A DNA stretch of 64,000 nucleotides from a bacterium (lineage in GTDB: Bacteria > DUMJ01): the NCBI GenBank assembly GCA_049970495.1, contig JBMFMV010000003.1:1-64000 (forward strand), read 5' to 3'. Each line of letters opens with the position of its first letter. The stretch's first letter is position 1. Made by a program: the position numbers and the translations under genes. Below the pieces are notes generated by a model. That model had not been told where the DNA came from. It was given only the letters and a program-made list of their open reading frames with translations, and searched no databases. Shown piece after piece: positions 18,993-30,468 of this stretch.

Positions 18993-20340
18993 TACTATTG
19001 TAGCCCTTTCTACTCCTTACGGTGAGTCTGGTATAGGAGTAATAAGGTTAAGCGGGCCTGCGGCTATAGATATTGCCCAAAAGATTTTTAAAACTAGGAA
19101 GAGATTAGAAAATATACCGTCGCATAGAGCTGTTTTAGGACATATTATTAATCCAAAGACAAATGAGAAGTTAGATGAGTGTCTTTTACTTATTATGAGG
19201 GCTCCTCACAGCTATACAGGCGAGGATACAGTTGAATTTTATGTACATGGCAGTCCTGTCTTGGAGGAGCTAGTAATTAAGCTCTTGATAGAATTAGGAG
19301 CAAGACTAGCATCGCCTGGAGAATTTACTAAGAGGGCTTTTCTTAACGGAAAGTTGGATCTATCTAGGGCAGAGGCAATTATAGATATTATACAGGCTAA
19401 AAGTGAAATTGGTCTTAAGTCTTCTTACATACAGCTTCAAGGGAAATTGAGTAGTGAGATTAAACCGATTATGGAGGTGTTAAAGGGCCTTATAGCTGAG
19501 TTAGAAGCAGGAATAGACTTCCCAGAAGAGGTAGAATTCTCTTATGAGTCTATAGAGGAAAGAATATCAAATATAATAGAAAGGCTTAGTACTCTTTTAG
19601 GTGGTGCATATTTTACTAGACTTTATAGGAAGGGCCTTTATTGTCCGATAGTTGGAAGGCCAAATGTAGGAAAATCTAGTCTCTTGAATATCTTATTAGG
19701 AGAGGAGAGGGCTATAGTAACCCCTATACCTGGGACTACAAGAGATACAATAATAGAATCTTTGTCTATAGATGGGATTCCCATTACTCTGGTCGATACT
19801 GCCGGTATTAGGGATACTCAAGATCTAGTAGAGAGTATTGGGGTTAATAGAACCCTATCTTCGATAGAAAATGCGGATATAGTTCTCTGGGTTGTAGATG
19901 TAAGCGAACCATTAAGAGAGGAAGATTTAGAGATAGAGGAGATTACAAGAGGGAAAAAGAGAATTATCGTCTTAAATAAGATAGATCTAGATAGTAGAGT
20001 AATTTATACTGATAATGTAAAGGATTATGGTCCATTTGTAGAGGTCTCTTGTAAGACAGGAGAAGGAATTGATAAGCTGAGGTTAAAATTAAAGGAGTTT
20101 TTGGGAAACATCCCATCCCCAGAGATTGTGGTTCCTATAAATGCTAGGCATGAAGCACTTATAAAGAGATGTATAAATAGACTTACAAATGCTCTAGAGG
20201 GTATTAAGTCTAAGTTTCCTATAGATGTTATAGCAGGAGAGATTTGGGAGAGTTATAATATATTAGGAGAAATTACAGGTGAGACTGCTAGTATTGATAT
20301 AGTTGAAGAAATCTTTTCTAGATTCTGTGTAGGAAAATGA
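18985..20340 (+). CDS. mnmE: tRNA modification GTPase
   Basis: [42 protein letters not shown]. Confidence 0.97.
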   Translation: MDDTIVALSTPYGESGIGVIRLSGPAAIDIAQKIFKTRKRLENIPSHRAVLGHIINPKTNEKLDECLLLIMRAPHSYTGEDTVEFYVHGSPVLEELVIKLLIELGARLASPGEFTKRAFLNGKLDLSRAEAIIDIIQAKSEIGLKSSYIQLQGKLSSEIKPIMEVLKGLIAELEAGIDFPEEVEFSYESIEERISNIIERLSTLLGGAYFTRLYRKGLYCPIVGRPNVGKSSLLNILLGEERAIVTPIPGTTRDTIIESLSIDGIPITLVDTAGIRDTQDLVESIGVNRTLSSIENADIVLWVVDVSEPLREEDLEIEEITRGKKRIIVLNKIDLDSRVIYTDNVKDYGPFVEVSCKTGEGIDKLRLKLKEFLGNIPSPEIVVPINARHEALIKRCINRLTNALEGIKSKFPIDVIAGEIWESYNILGEITGETASIDIVEEIFSRFCVGK

Positions 20341-22172
20341 AGGTATTTGATGTTATTGTTGTAGGAGCAGGACATGCTGGGATAGAGGCGGCCCTATCTG
20401 CTAATAGATTGGGCTGTAGTGTTCTGCTTTTGACAGGAAATTTAGATACCATAGCTTGGATGCCTTGTAACCCTGCTGTAGGGGGACCAGGAAAGGGACA
20501 TCTAGTCAGAGAAGTAGATGCCCTTGGTGGAGAGATAGGCCGGGCTACTGATGCTACTTATATACATATAAGAGTTCTTAACTCTGGAAAGGGTATAGCG
20601 GTAAGGGCTTATAGGGCTCAAGTAGAGAAGAAGTTTTATCATATCTATATGAAAGAGAAGCTTGAGAATACACTAAATCTTATCTTGAGACAGGCTCAAG
20701 TAACAGATATTTTAGTAGAAGGTAAGAGGGTGATAGGGGTAAGAACAAAGACTAATCAAGAATTCTATGGTCAAGCAGTTGTTATAACTACCGGAACCTT
20801 TCTTGGTGGAAGAGTCTTTATTGGCACAGAGGTGTCTTACCCTGCAGGAAGGGCTGGAGAACCACCTAGCGAAGAGCTTACTCAATCTCTCAGAAATCTT
20901 GGTTTTAGAATAGGTAGATTTAAGACTGGAACTCCACCTAGAGTCGATGGAAGGACAGTGGATTTTTCTAAAATGACTGAGCAGCCACCAAGTGAGGTCC
21001 CCTTAAGATTTTCCTATCGAACCGAACTGGCGGAAATTATTGGTAGGAAGCAACTCTCTTGCTGGCTCACCTTTACAACTGAGAAGACTAGGGAGATAGT
21101 ACTAAAGAATCTCCATAGAGCACCTATGTATGCAGGGCAGATAACTGGAACGGGAACTAGATATTGTCCGTCCTTTGAGACCAAAGTTGTCCATTTTCCA
21201 CATAGGGAGAGACATCAGGTTTTTATAGAACCTGAAGGCATTCATACCAATGAGATGTATGTACAAGGTATGTATACTAGTCTTCCTGAAGAGGTTCAAA
21301 TAGAACTTCTTAGGTCTATCCCTGGGTTAGAAGAGGTCGAGCTGATGAGACCTGGCTATGCTATAGAGTATGATATGGTCTATCCAGATCAATTGAAGGA
21401 AACTCTTGAGACGAAAAAGATTTCTGGGCTCTTTCTTGCTGGGCAGATAAATGGTACCTCTGGGTATGAAGAGGCAGCAGCTCAAGGACTTATAGCGGGT
21501 ATAAATGCAGCATTTTATGTTCAAAAAAGAGCTCCATTCTATCTTCAAAGAAGTGAGGCTTATATTGGAGTTCTTATAGATGATCTAATAACTAAAGGGA
21601 TTGTAGAACCATACAGGATACTCACCTCAAGGGCAGAGTATCGTCTTGTTCTTATGCAGGATAACGCAGATGAAAGACTTATGGAAAAGGGATTTAAGAT
21701 TGGTCTAATAGATGAGAAGACTTATAAAGAGATGTTAGAGAGAAAGAAACTCGTAGAAGAAGAGATAAAGAGGTTAAGAAAGACAATTATCCCAGAGCTA
21801 AAGGCCTCAGCTTATAATTATTTAAAGAGGCCTGAAGTATCTTATTTGGATGTTATGAAGAAGTTAGGTGAAGAGCCCTTACTCTCTTCTGAGCTTATAA
21901 CTAGGCTAGAAGCTAAAGTAAAATATGAGGGGTATATAAAGAGAGAAGAGGAGAGGATTAAGAGGTTTAGTCAGTTAGATGACAAGGTTCTTCCTGAAGA
22001 TATAGATTATAGTAGTATTAAGGGGCTCTCACTTGAAGCGCGCGACAGGTTAAATCAAGTTAGACCTAGGACATTGGGCCAGGCTAGTAGATTGCAAGGG
22101 GTCAGTCCAGCAGATATAGATGTCTTACTCGTATACCTGGAACTTTATAAGAGAGAAGCATCCAAAACTTGA
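20337..22172 (+). CDS. mnmG: tRNA uridine 5-carboxymethylaminomethyl modification enzyme
   Basis: [44 protein letters not shown]. Confidence 0.97.
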   Translation: MKVFDVIVVGAGHAGIEAALSANRLGCSVLLLTGNLDTIAWMPCNPAVGGPGKGHLVREVDALGGEIGRATDATYIHIRVLNSGKGIAVRAYRAQVEKKFYHIYMKEKLENTLNLILRQAQVTDILVEGKRVIGVRTKTNQEFYGQAVVITTGTFLGGRVFIGTEVSYPAGRAGEPPSEELTQSLRNLGFRIGRFKTGTPPRVDGRTVDFSKMTEQPPSEVPLRFSYRTELAEIIGRKQLSCWLTFTTEKTREIVLKNLHRAPMYAGQITGTGTRYCPSFETKVVHFPHRERHQVFIEPEGIHTNEMYVQGMYTSLPEEVQIELLRSIPGLEEVELMRPGYAIEYDMVYPDQLKETLETKKISGLFLAGQINGTSGYEEAAAQGLIAGINAAFYVQKRAPFYLQRSEAYIGVLIDDLITKGIVEPYRILTSRAEYRLVLMQDNADERLMEKGFKIGLIDEKTYKEMLERKKLVEEEIKRLRKTIIPELKASAYNYLKRPEVSYLDVMKKLGEEPLLSSELITRLEAKVKYEGYIKREEERIKRFSQLDDKVLPEDIDYSSIKGLSLEARDRLNQVRPRTLGQASRLQGVSPADIDVLLVYLELYKREASKT

Positions 22173-22674
22173 GATGTATCTTGAAGAACTTTTAAACGCA
22201 CGAAAGAGTTTTAGCCTCTCTGGTGCAAGAGAAAGAGAAGATTTTATAAAGCTTATAGAGGAATCTTTGGCTCCGCTTTTGATTATAAATGATTGGAAAG
22301 GTAAGAGGATTATAGATATAGGTTCTGGAGCAGGATTTCCTGGTATACCCTTAGCTATAGTCCAAGAAGATGCTAATTTTTTATTAGTTGATATTTCTGT
22401 TAAAAGAACTGCTTTTCTCAATCTAGTTAGATCTAAACTTCAGCTTAGTAATGTAGAAGTATTATGTATGGATGCTAATAAATTAAAAGATGTTCAGAGG
22501 TTTATTGGAGCTTTCGATATAGCTCTCTCGAGAGGGGTAGGGGAAATCGACTACCTTAGGTCTATTATTTTCCCTTTACTAAAAACCGGTGGGACGATGA
22601 TATTATTTAAGTCAAAGGGAGAAGGATACAGGGTTAAACCTGGTCTAGTCTTACTAAAAGAGGAGAAATCATGA
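22120..22674 (+). CDS. rsmG: 16S rRNA m7G527 methyltransferase
   Basis: [16 protein letters not shown]; follows mnmG; start uncertain. Confidence 0.88.
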   Translation: MSYSYTWNFIREKHPKLEMYLEELLNARKSFSLSGAREREDFIKLIEESLAPLLIINDWKGKRIIDIGSGAGFPGIPLAIVQEDANFLLVDISVKRTAFLNLVRSKLQLSNVEVLCMDANKLKDVQRFIGAFDIALSRGVGEIDYLRSIIFPLLKTGGTMILFKSKGEGYRVKPGLVLLKEEKS

Positions 22675-23042
22675 ATGAGATAATTCTATTTACTATTGGT
22701 GCATTAATAGTAGTAAACATAGCACTTATTATAGTGGTTATCATTTTAAGAGCTAATATAAAAAGGGTTGAGGAGAAACAAAAGGGAGAATTAATCTTAT
22801 CTTCTCTCTCTATTGGTGGAGCTAGATATGATGCTTTTCCTGGTATGTCTGGTAAGCTTAGCTTTTCTTTGGCCTTTATGGCTGGAGATAAGGGGATTAT
22901 ACTTACATCTATACATACCAGAGAACAATCTTATCTGTATCTTAAACCCTACTCGAAGGACAAAAACAATAACCTTACGGAAGAAGAGAAGAAAGCGGTA
23001 GAAATTGCGTTAAAAGAAGGTTATTCTATAAAAGACATATAG
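22671..23042 (+). CDS. DUF4446-family membrane-anchored protein
   Basis: N-terminal TM helix; RYDAF..G.LSFSLA, GIILTSIH.RE.SY.Y.KP, LTEEE. Confidence 0.75.
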   Translation: MNEIILFTIGALIVVNIALIIVVIILRANIKRVEEKQKGELILSSLSIGGARYDAFPGMSGKLSFSLAFMAGDKGIILTSIHTREQSYLYLKPYSKDKNNNLTEEEKKAVEIALKEGYSIKDI

Positions 23043-23052
23043 GGAGGCTAGA

Positions 23053-23883
23053 ATGGATACTGACAGGTGGGAATATACAAAGATATTTATTACCGCGCTA
23101 ATTGCGGTAATAGTAGTTCTCTCTTGTTATCTATACAAGAGTAAATTTTATATAGTTAAACTTGAAAATGAGCTCTCTTTAGCTCATGTTAAGATTCAAG
23201 ACCTAAGAAAACTCGAAGATATAAATAATAGACAAAGGGCTGAGATTGCTAGGTTAAATAGTGAGGCTGAAAAGCTTAGGAGTAAAGTAGAAGATTTAGA
23301 GACCCTGAGTAAACAGGTCCAGGCTTTAACAGAAAAGACTTTAAAGATAGACCTCTCTTATAAGAAAAGTAGAAGGGTTTATTCTTCTAGAGGAGCAGAT
23401 GTTACACTAGAGGAAATATATAAAAAATTTAATAGGCTGAGTAATAGTATAGAGGTCCAAAAAGATAATCTAAATCAGGTTAGATCTCAGTTGGAAATCT
23501 TGTATGAATGGAAGTTTTCTGTCCCCAGCGGTTATCCTGTCTTTGGCCCAATATCCTCTGGTTTTGGATTTAGAGGAAGGGAGTTTCATACTGGTATAGA
23601 TATACGTACAGGCATAGGAACTTTGGTAAAGGCTACGGCAAATGGAATTGTTTCCTATGCAGGATGGAGAAGTGGTTACGGGCTTACAGTAGCTGTGAGA
23701 CATAACTTTGGATTTAGCACTATTTATGCTCACTTGTCTAAAATATTAGTGAATGTAGGGAAAAGGATTGAGAGGGGGGATATTATAGGCTATACTGGTA
23801 TGACTGGATATACTACTGGTCCACACTTACACTATGAAGTAAGAATAAATGATAAGCCTGTAGATCCGAGAGATTATTTATAA
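23053..23883 (+). CDS. M23 family peptidoglycan DD-metalloendopeptidase with coiled coil
   Basis: TM + coiled coil; HTGID, YAHL, GPHLHYEV. Confidence 0.92.
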   Translation: MDTDRWEYTKIFITALIAVIVVLSCYLYKSKFYIVKLENELSLAHVKIQDLRKLEDINNRQRAEIARLNSEAEKLRSKVEDLETLSKQVQALTEKTLKIDLSYKKSRRVYSSRGADVTLEEIYKKFNRLSNSIEVQKDNLNQVRSQLEILYEWKFSVPSGYPVFGPISSGFGFRGREFHTGIDIRTGIGTLVKATANGIVSYAGWRSGYGLTVAVRHNFGFSTIYAHLSKILVNVGKRIERGDIIGYTGMTGYTTGPHLHYEVRINDKPVDPRDYL

Positions 23884-23894
23884 GGAGGGATAAG

Positions 23895-24947
23895 ATGACT
23901 AGTAGGGAAAGGGTAAGGATGGCTTTGGAGCATAAAGAACCTGATAGAGTTCCTATCCATGATAGTATTTGGGGTGCTACTGTAAGTAGGTGGCATAAGG
24001 AGGGATTACCAGAGGAGATCCCTGTCTCGGAATATTTTGATTTTGAGATAGTTGGTTTTGGTGCTGACCTTTCCCCTAGGTTTCCGGTAAAGGTCTTGGA
24101 AAGAAATGAGACTTATATAGTTGAAACTACCCCTTATGGAGGGATAAGAAAAAACTTTAGGGATTATTCCACCACACCTGAGATAATAGACTGGCCTATA
24201 AAATCTAAAGAGGATTGGTATAAGATAAAGGATAGATTACAGCCAGATATAACTAGGGTAGATTGGGTCTCATCTCTGAATGCCTATAATAGAGCCTATG
24301 AGGATGGGAAGTTCATCACCTACAGTGCAGCTATGGGGTATGATCAATTCCAGTCTTATATAAAGACTGAAGAATTACTTATTCTTCTTATAGAAGATCC
24401 CGAATGGGCTATAGATATGTTTAGGACACATGCTATATTACTTATTGAGATGGCAAAGATTATGATGGAGCATGGATTTAAGTTCGATGGAGCTTTTCTG
24501 TACAATGATATGGGTTATAGGAATGGGCCTCTATTTTCTCCTAAGACATATCAAAAGGTCCTACAAGAGACTGATGCTATGATCTGTGAGTTTTTCCATA
24601 GGCATAATATGCCTGTTATACTCCATTCCTGTGGTAATGTGAAGGAATTAATCCCATATCTAATAGAAGCGGGATTTGATTGTCTCCAGCCATTAGAGGT
24701 AAAAGCAGGAATGGACTTACTAGAGCTTAAACCGAAATATGGAGATAAGATTGCCTTTATGGGGGGGATAGATGTAAGGAAGATGACAGACCCAGTTGCT
24801 ATAGAGGAAGAAATAAGTAAGAAGTTTGAAGTTGCCAAAAAAGGTGGAGGCTATATATATCATAGCGATCACTCTATTCCTAAGAATATAAGTTTTGAAG
24901 ACTATAGGCGTGTAATAGAGCTAGTTAAGAAATATGGTAAATACTAA
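23895..24947 (+). CDS. Uroporphyrinogen decarboxylase / MtaA-like family protein
   Basis: MTSRERV...EPDRVP, NDMG, ILHSCG, FMGGID, HSDHSIP. Confidence 0.82.
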   Translation: MTSRERVRMALEHKEPDRVPIHDSIWGATVSRWHKEGLPEEIPVSEYFDFEIVGFGADLSPRFPVKVLERNETYIVETTPYGGIRKNFRDYSTTPEIIDWPIKSKEDWYKIKDRLQPDITRVDWVSSLNAYNRAYEDGKFITYSAAMGYDQFQSYIKTEELLILLIEDPEWAIDMFRTHAILLIEMAKIMMEHGFKFDGAFLYNDMGYRNGPLFSPKTYQKVLQETDAMICEFFHRHNMPVILHSCGNVKELIPYLIEAGFDCLQPLEVKAGMDLLELKPKYGDKIAFMGGIDVRKMTDPVAIEEEISKKFEVAKKGGGYIYHSDHSIPKNISFEDYRRVIELVKKYGKY

Positions 24948-26587
24948 ATAATCCCTATAATTTCTCCATCGTCATTTACATCAATCTTAACAGCTGATGG
25001 AGATTTTGGTAAGCCAGGCATCGTCAATATAGAACCTGTGTAGGCCACTATAAAGCCAGCCCCTAGAGATACTTTTAACCTTTGGACATTTATATAGAAC
25101 CCCTTAGGTCTCCCTAGTTTTTTAGGATCGTCACTTAATGAGTATTGTGTCTTAGCCATACATATGGGAAGGTTTGTAAATCCCCATTTGTATATCTTAT
25201 TAAGATCATTCTGTGCCTCGTTACTGAAATTTACACCTTCTGCGCCGTAAACTAGTTTAGCTATCTTTTCTATCTTTTCTTCATATGAGTCTTCTAACTT
25301 ATACAAGAAATTAAAAGAATTAGAGTCATTAGCAACTGAATCTAATACTTCATTAGCCAGTTCTAAGGCTCCCTCTCCCCCAACTTCGTAGACATTAGAA
25401 ACAGCAAACCTTACATCTATCTCTTTTAACTTACTTTTTAGAAATTCCAATTCTTTGTCAGTATCTGATGAGAATCTATTTATTGCCACAACTACCGGAA
25501 CCTTAAAGACATTTCTTAATACCTCCATATGGTGAAATAGATTAGGCAGCCCCCTTTCTATTGCTTCTGTGTTTTCATTTTCTGCCCCTTTTTGACTTCC
25601 CAATCCATGATACTTTAAGGACCTTATAGAAGTTACTAGTACTACCGAATCTGGATGAAAATTTCCTACCCTACACTTTATATCGAAAAATTTTTCTCCA
25701 CCTAGATCTACCCCAAAACCTGCTTCAGTTACTATATAATCTGCAAGAAGGGTAGCAAGAGTAGTTGCTATTATAGAGTTGCAGCCATGAGCAATATTTC
25801 CAAAAGGTCCACAATGTATAAATGCAGGAGTTCCTTCCAATGTTTGAACCAAATTGGGAGAGAGTGCGTTTTTCAATAAAGCAGTCATTGCTCCTTCTAC
25901 CTTTAAGTCTTTACTTAAGACAGGTTTATCCTCCTTATTTACCCCAATTACTATATTACCTAGCCTTTCTTTTAAGTCCCTTATATTTTTTGCCATAGAT
26001 AATATCGCCATAATTTCAGAAGCCGCTGTTATCTCAAAACCATCCTCTCTAGGTATTCCATTACTTTTTCCTCCAAGCCCGCTTACTATAAATCTTAATT
26101 GCCTGTCATTCATATCTACACATCTTTTCCAATATATCTGTAAGGGGTCTATATCTAGCTCGTTTCCATGATAGATATGGTTGTCTATCACGGCTGATAG
26201 AAGATTATGAGCAGAAGATACTGCATGTATGTCTCCAGTAAAGTGTAAGTTTATGTCTAAATCTGGAAAGACCTTAGCCCTTCCTCCTCCAACAGCCCCT
26301 CCTTTAACTCCAAATATGGGACCTAGGGATGGTTCTCTTAGACAGATTATAGTCTTCTTACCTAGCCTTGATAGTGCGTCTCCTAGACCTATAGTCGTAG
26401 TAGTTTTCCCTTCACCTTTGGGTGTAGGATTAATAGATGTCACAAGTATAAGTTTTCCCCTTTTTCTATCTTCTAGTTTATGGATAAGTTTCCAGTCAAC
26501 TTTGCAGATATACCATCCATAGGGATAGTATTCATCCCTTTTTATCCCTAAAGACTCCGTTAACTCCTCAATCCTTTTTATAGACAT
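24944..26587 (-). CDS. fhs: Formate--tetrahydrofolate ligase
   Basis: PTPKGEGKTTT, INLHFTGD, GPFGNIAHGCNS, TEAGFG, CMAKTQYS, TMPGLP. Confidence 0.97.
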   Translation of the reverse strand: MSIKRIEELTESLGIKRDEYYPYGWYICKVDWKLIHKLEDRKRGKLILVTSINPTPKGEGKTTTTIGLGDALSRLGKKTIICLREPSLGPIFGVKGGAVGGGRAKVFPDLDINLHFTGDIHAVSSAHNLLSAVIDNHIYHGNELDIDPLQIYWKRCVDMNDRQLRFIVSGLGGKSNGIPREDGFEITAASEIMAILSMAKNIRDLKERLGNIVIGVNKEDKPVLSKDLKVEGAMTALLKNALSPNLVQTLEGTPAFIHCGPFGNIAHGCNSIIATTLATLLADYIVTEAGFGVDLGGEKFFDIKCRVGNFHPDSVVLVTSIRSLKYHGLGSQKGAENENTEAIERGLPNLFHHMEVLRNVFKVPVVVAINRFSSDTDKELEFLKSKLKEIDVRFAVSNVYEVGGEGALELANEVLDSVANDSNSFNFLYKLEDSYEEKIEKIAKLVYGAEGVNFSNEAQNDLNKIYKWGFTNLPICMAKTQYSLSDDPKKLGRPKGFYINVQRLKVSLGAGFIVAYTGSILTMPGLPKSPSAVKIDVNDDGEIIGII

Positions 26588-26734
26588 TTGTTGTCAAGTC
26601 CCTCCTATGGTATACGTATTTCATGTAAGTATTTGAATTATAATATCATATTGAGGTCCACCATGGAATAAAGTGCTACTATCTTACGTCTACTTTTTTG
26701 AGAAAAGTAATAAAAGAGAAGGAGGTGATTTAGT

Positions 26735-27235
26735 ATGAAAAGGGTTTTAGCCTTAGTCTTGAGCCTAGCTTTACTATTAGGGACAGTACAGGTTGCCTTT
26801 ACTAAGCCTCTACCCTCTAGAAGGATACCTATTATAGCAGGTCCATTTAGGTGTGATATTGTGGAGATTTCACCATGGGGGCAGAATTTAATAAAGTATT
26901 TAAACCTTACCGATGAGCAGATAAATAAGATCAAAGAGTTGAGAGATAGGTACTATGGGAAGCTAAAAGACCTATGGAATAAACTACAGGACGCGGTATT
27001 TTCACTTAGGCAACTACAATTCCAAAGGCAACCTGATAAGACTCAGATAGAGGAGAAGAGGAAAGAGATAAGTAATATTAGAAAAGAGATTAATAATACA
27101 CTTAAAGATTACTGGAATGAGTTTAAAGGGATACTTACCAAGGAGCAATTGTCTAAGCTAACAGAAAGAAAATTTACACCTCCATTTAGAATTAAAAGGA
27201 CTCCTTGGAGATGTAGTCCTTTTTTTAGATGGTAA
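26735..27235 (+). CDS. Spy/CpxP-family secreted chaperone
   Basis: Signal peptide; two LTxxQ motifs (LTDEQ, LTKEQ); helical. Confidence 0.75.
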   Translation: MKRVLALVLSLALLLGTVQVAFTKPLPSRRIPIIAGPFRCDIVEISPWGQNLIKYLNLTDEQINKIKELRDRYYGKLKDLWNKLQDAVFSLRQLQFQRQPDKTQIEEKRKEISNIRKEINNTLKDYWNEFKGILTKEQLSKLTERKFTPPFRIKRTPWRCSPFFRW

Positions 27236-27243
27236 AAAGGACT

Positions 27244-27273
27244 TAGGGTCTTAGGGGATAACCTAAGACCCTA
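27244..27273. terminator. Perfect 12 bp hairpin between convergent genes
   Basis: TAGGGTCTTAGG-GGATAA-CCTAAGACCCTA, overlapping the hypF stop codon. Confidence 0.6.
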
Positions 27274-29515
27274 CCCTTCCTCCAATTATTGCCTGCCCTA
27301 GAGATAGTCCTCCGTCATTGCAGGGAACCTGATGGTGAGTGTAGATTTTAAATTTTTTCTCTCTTAGGTAATTGATAGTTTTTCTTAAGAGTCTTCTATT
27401 CTGAAAACATCCTCCACTTAAGACTACAGTGTCTATTTTGGTCTCTTCTCTTATTGCTAGAGCTATATCTAACACTATTTTAGATATAGTATTGTGGAAT
27501 TTAGCAGAGATAAGACTCATAGGAACCATATCTATGTCATTTATAATCTCTTCAAGCAAGTTCTTGAGTTTTATAATATAGGTGTTATTCTCCTCTTTTA
27601 CCTCAAAACTATAGTGATCATCAACTTCTATATCTTTACTTACCATTTCTAACTCTATAGCGGGTTGACCTTCGTAGCTTGTTTCTTTACAAATATTTAA
27701 TAGACTAGAAATTACATCAAACAACCGCCCCATAGAAGATGTAAGTGGAGTATTTATCCCTTTATCTATCTGCTCCTTTATGGCTCTTATCTCTGTCTCT
27801 GATATACCTTTTAAAAAGGGTAGATTGGGAATATCTCCAAATAGCTTAAAGAGATAACCTATGGCAAGCCTATAAGGTCTCCTTATTGCTAATTCACCTC
27901 CAGGTAATGGGAGATATTCTAAATGTGCCTTTCTAATAAAACCATCATAATCTACTACTAAGATTTCCCCTCCCCATACATTACCATCTAGACCATATCC
28001 AGAGCCATCAAAGGCTATCCCTATAACGGGCTTGGTAACATTATTCTCACCCATGCAACTTACAATATGAGCATGGTGGTGTTGAACTCTTATTAGTGGT
28101 ATGGTTCCTTCAAACTGTAGGGCATATTTAGTCGATAGATATTCAGGATGCATATCACAGACTACTATCTCAGGTTCTATTCTAAAAAGTCTTTTATATA
28201 AATCTATTGTACTTGTAAAATGTTCTAGGGTTTCTATGTTCTCTAGATCGCCAATATGTTGGCTGATAAACGCATAATTATCCTTGGTAAGGCAGAAGGT
28301 ATTCTTTAATTCTCCTCCGCATGCCAAAACCTGTTTCATCTTAAATGGAATTTTTACTGGTGATGGCGCATAACCCCTTGCCCTTCTTATCAAATACGGT
28401 TTTTCTTCAAAGACAGAGGCTACACTATCATCATAGCGTGAGTATATATCTCTGTCATTTAGAAGAAAGTAATCTGATATACCCTTTAGTCTATTTAAGG
28501 CTTCTTCATTATCCTGACATATAGGTTCTTCACTTAGATTTCCACTTGTCATTACAAGTGGTCTATCAATCTCTTTAAAGAGTATATGATGTAAAGGTGT
28601 ATATGGAAGCATTATACCAAGATAATTATTATTGGGAGCGACATTTTTTGATATGTTGCCAAGGTCCTTTATCCTAAGTAACACTATTGGGGCTTGAGGG
28701 GATTTTAGAAGTTCTTCTTCTTTTGGTGTGATATAGCAGTACTTTTTTATCGTATCTAAATCTTTCATCATAAGAGCAAAAGGTTTATTCCCTCTTCTTT
28801 TCCTCTCTCTTAAAAGGCTTACTACCTTATCATTTGTAGCGTCACATGCTAAATGAAACCCTCCAAGTCCCTTTATTGCTATAATGAAACCCTCTTTTAA
28901 AAGTCTGGCAGTTTCCTTTATAGGGTCTTCGGACTCTAGTCCTTCTATCCATAACTTGGGGCCGCAGATAGGACAGGCATTAGGTTGCGCATGAAATCTT
29001 CTATCTAAAGGATCATTATACTCCCTTTCACAGTCTTTACACATCTTAAATTTTTCCATTGTGGTATTCTTTCTGTCGTAAGGGATGTCCTTTATAATAG
29101 TGAACCTTGGTCCACAGTTTGTGCAGTTTATAAATGGATATCTATAGCGTCTATCTTTAGGGTCAAATAGTTCCTCAAGACAGTCTTGGCATACTGCTAT
29201 ATCTGATGAGATAAGCTGATACCCTATGTCTTCTTTACTCTCTTTAATAAAGAAGTCTTTATAGTTATTTAAGATTGAATCCTCTATCTCTATGTTCTCT
29301 ATCCTAGCGATAGGTGGGGCTTTCTTCCTAATGTTAGATATAAATCTTTCTACATCACTATCTTCTCCCTCTATTTCTATCTCTACAGAGCTAGAGGTAT
29401 TTAACACCCATCCCTTTAGGTTGTGTTCTTTTGCTAATCTATATATAAATGGTCTGAAACCTACCCCTTGGACAACTCCGAAGATCCGTATCCTTTTACT
29501 TATAAGAGTTTTCAC
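27263..29515 (-). CDS. hypF: Carbamoyltransferase HypF
   Basis: GVVQGVGFRPF, two Zn fingers (CQDC/CTNC, CKDC/CPIC), QHHHAH, NDGGLSLGQ. Confidence 0.97.
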   Translation of the reverse strand: MKTLISKRIRIFGVVQGVGFRPFIYRLAKEHNLKGWVLNTSSSVEIEIEGEDSDVERFISNIRKKAPPIARIENIEIEDSILNNYKDFFIKESKEDIGYQLISSDIAVCQDCLEELFDPKDRRYRYPFINCTNCGPRFTIIKDIPYDRKNTTMEKFKMCKDCEREYNDPLDRRFHAQPNACPICGPKLWIEGLESEDPIKETARLLKEGFIIAIKGLGGFHLACDATNDKVVSLLRERKRRGNKPFALMMKDLDTIKKYCYITPKEEELLKSPQAPIVLLRIKDLGNISKNVAPNNNYLGIMLPYTPLHHILFKEIDRPLVMTSGNLSEEPICQDNEEALNRLKGISDYFLLNDRDIYSRYDDSVASVFEEKPYLIRRARGYAPSPVKIPFKMKQVLACGGELKNTFCLTKDNYAFISQHIGDLENIETLEHFTSTIDLYKRLFRIEPEIVVCDMHPEYLSTKYALQFEGTIPLIRVQHHHAHIVSCMGENNVTKPVIGIAFDGSGYGLDGNVWGGEILVVDYDGFIRKAHLEYLPLPGGELAIRRPYRLAIGYLFKLFGDIPNLPFLKGISETEIRAIKEQIDKGINTPLTSSMGRLFDVISSLLNICKETSYEGQPAIELEMVSKDIEVDDHYSFEVKEENNTYIIKLKNLLEEIINDIDMVPMSLISAKFHNTISKIVLDIALAIREETKIDTVVLSGGCFQNRRLLRKTINYLREKKFKIYTHHQVPCNDGGLSLGQAIIGGRVGS

Positions 29516-30140
29516 TTTCGAGCCATTCTACCCAGGTATCTATGCCTTCCTTTGTTTTACAGGAAAGAAGAAAGATTTTTGCATTCTTATTTAAAGCTAT
29601 TATTCCATTTTTAAACCTTTCTAGGTCAAAATTTACATAAGGTAGAAGATCGATCTTATTCAGTATGACTGCGTTTACTTTTGAAAACAGTCCAGGATAC
29701 TTATATGGTTTATCATCTCCTTCTGGAATGCTAGATATGGCAATTCTTATATGTTCCCCTAAATCAAAGCTGGCAGGGCAGATAAGGTTTCCTATGTTTT
29801 CTATAAATAGATATTTTACATTAGAAAGAGAAAGCTTCTTAGTAGCCTCCCTTATCATTGGGGCGTCAAGATGACAGTTCCCTCCAGTGTTTATTTGCAC
29901 TACTGGGATATTAAATTTCGCCATCCTCTCACTGTCTATACTTGAGGCTACATCCCCTTCTATTACCGCTACTTGAGACCCTAACCTAAAGATGGTTTCT
30001 AATATAAGACTTGTCTTTCCAGCTCCTGGAGAGGACATTATATTAATTGTAAATACCTTTAGATTATCAAAAAACTCTCTGTTTAAAGCAGCAACTTGAT
30101 CGTTAGCATCTAGGATATTCTTCACAATCTCTATTTTCAT
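29496..30140 (-). CDS. hypB: Hydrogenase nickel incorporation GTPase
   Basis: SSPGAGKT, IEGD, CHLDA, ENIGNLICPA, DKPYKYP. Confidence 0.96.
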   Translation of the reverse strand: MKIEIVKNILDANDQVAALNREFFDNLKVFTINIMSSPGAGKTSLILETIFRLGSQVAVIEGDVASSIDSERMAKFNIPVVQINTGGNCHLDAPMIREATKKLSLSNVKYLFIENIGNLICPASFDLGEHIRIAISSIPEGDDKPYKYPGLFSKVNAVILNKIDLLPYVNFDLERFKNGIIALNKNAKIFLLSCKTKEGIDTWVEWLESENSYK

Positions 30141-30468
30141 CTTCCACCTCTATGCTCTCTATATAAAATTCTCTCCCTTCAATTACATCTCCGCCAATCT
30201 TTTTACAGTAGGGACACAGGTATGTTTCATCAGGAATGAACTCTTTTTGACAGTTGTAACATCTTAATTTTACAGGGATCCTTCTGAATAGAAGTTTTGT
30301 TCCCTCTAATGGTGTTGATCTTGTTAACAATTCGAAATAAAATTGGATAGACTCGTCAATAAAGCTAGAAAGATCTCCTATTACCAATTCTATAGTCTTT
30401 ACCTTTTTGCCCTTACTTACTTCCGTAACTGTCTTTATTACCTCTTCTGTAACTGCCAACTCATGCAT
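30103..30468 (-). CDS. hypA: Hydrogenase nickel metallochaperone
   Basis: MHE N-terminus, CYNC...CPYC. Confidence 0.95.
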   Translation of the reverse strand: MHELAVTEEVIKTVTEVSKGKKVKTIELVIGDLSSFIDESIQFYFELLTRSTPLEGTKLLFRRIPVKLRCYNCQKEFIPDETYLCPYCKKIGGDVIEGREFYIESIEVEDENRDCEEYPRC

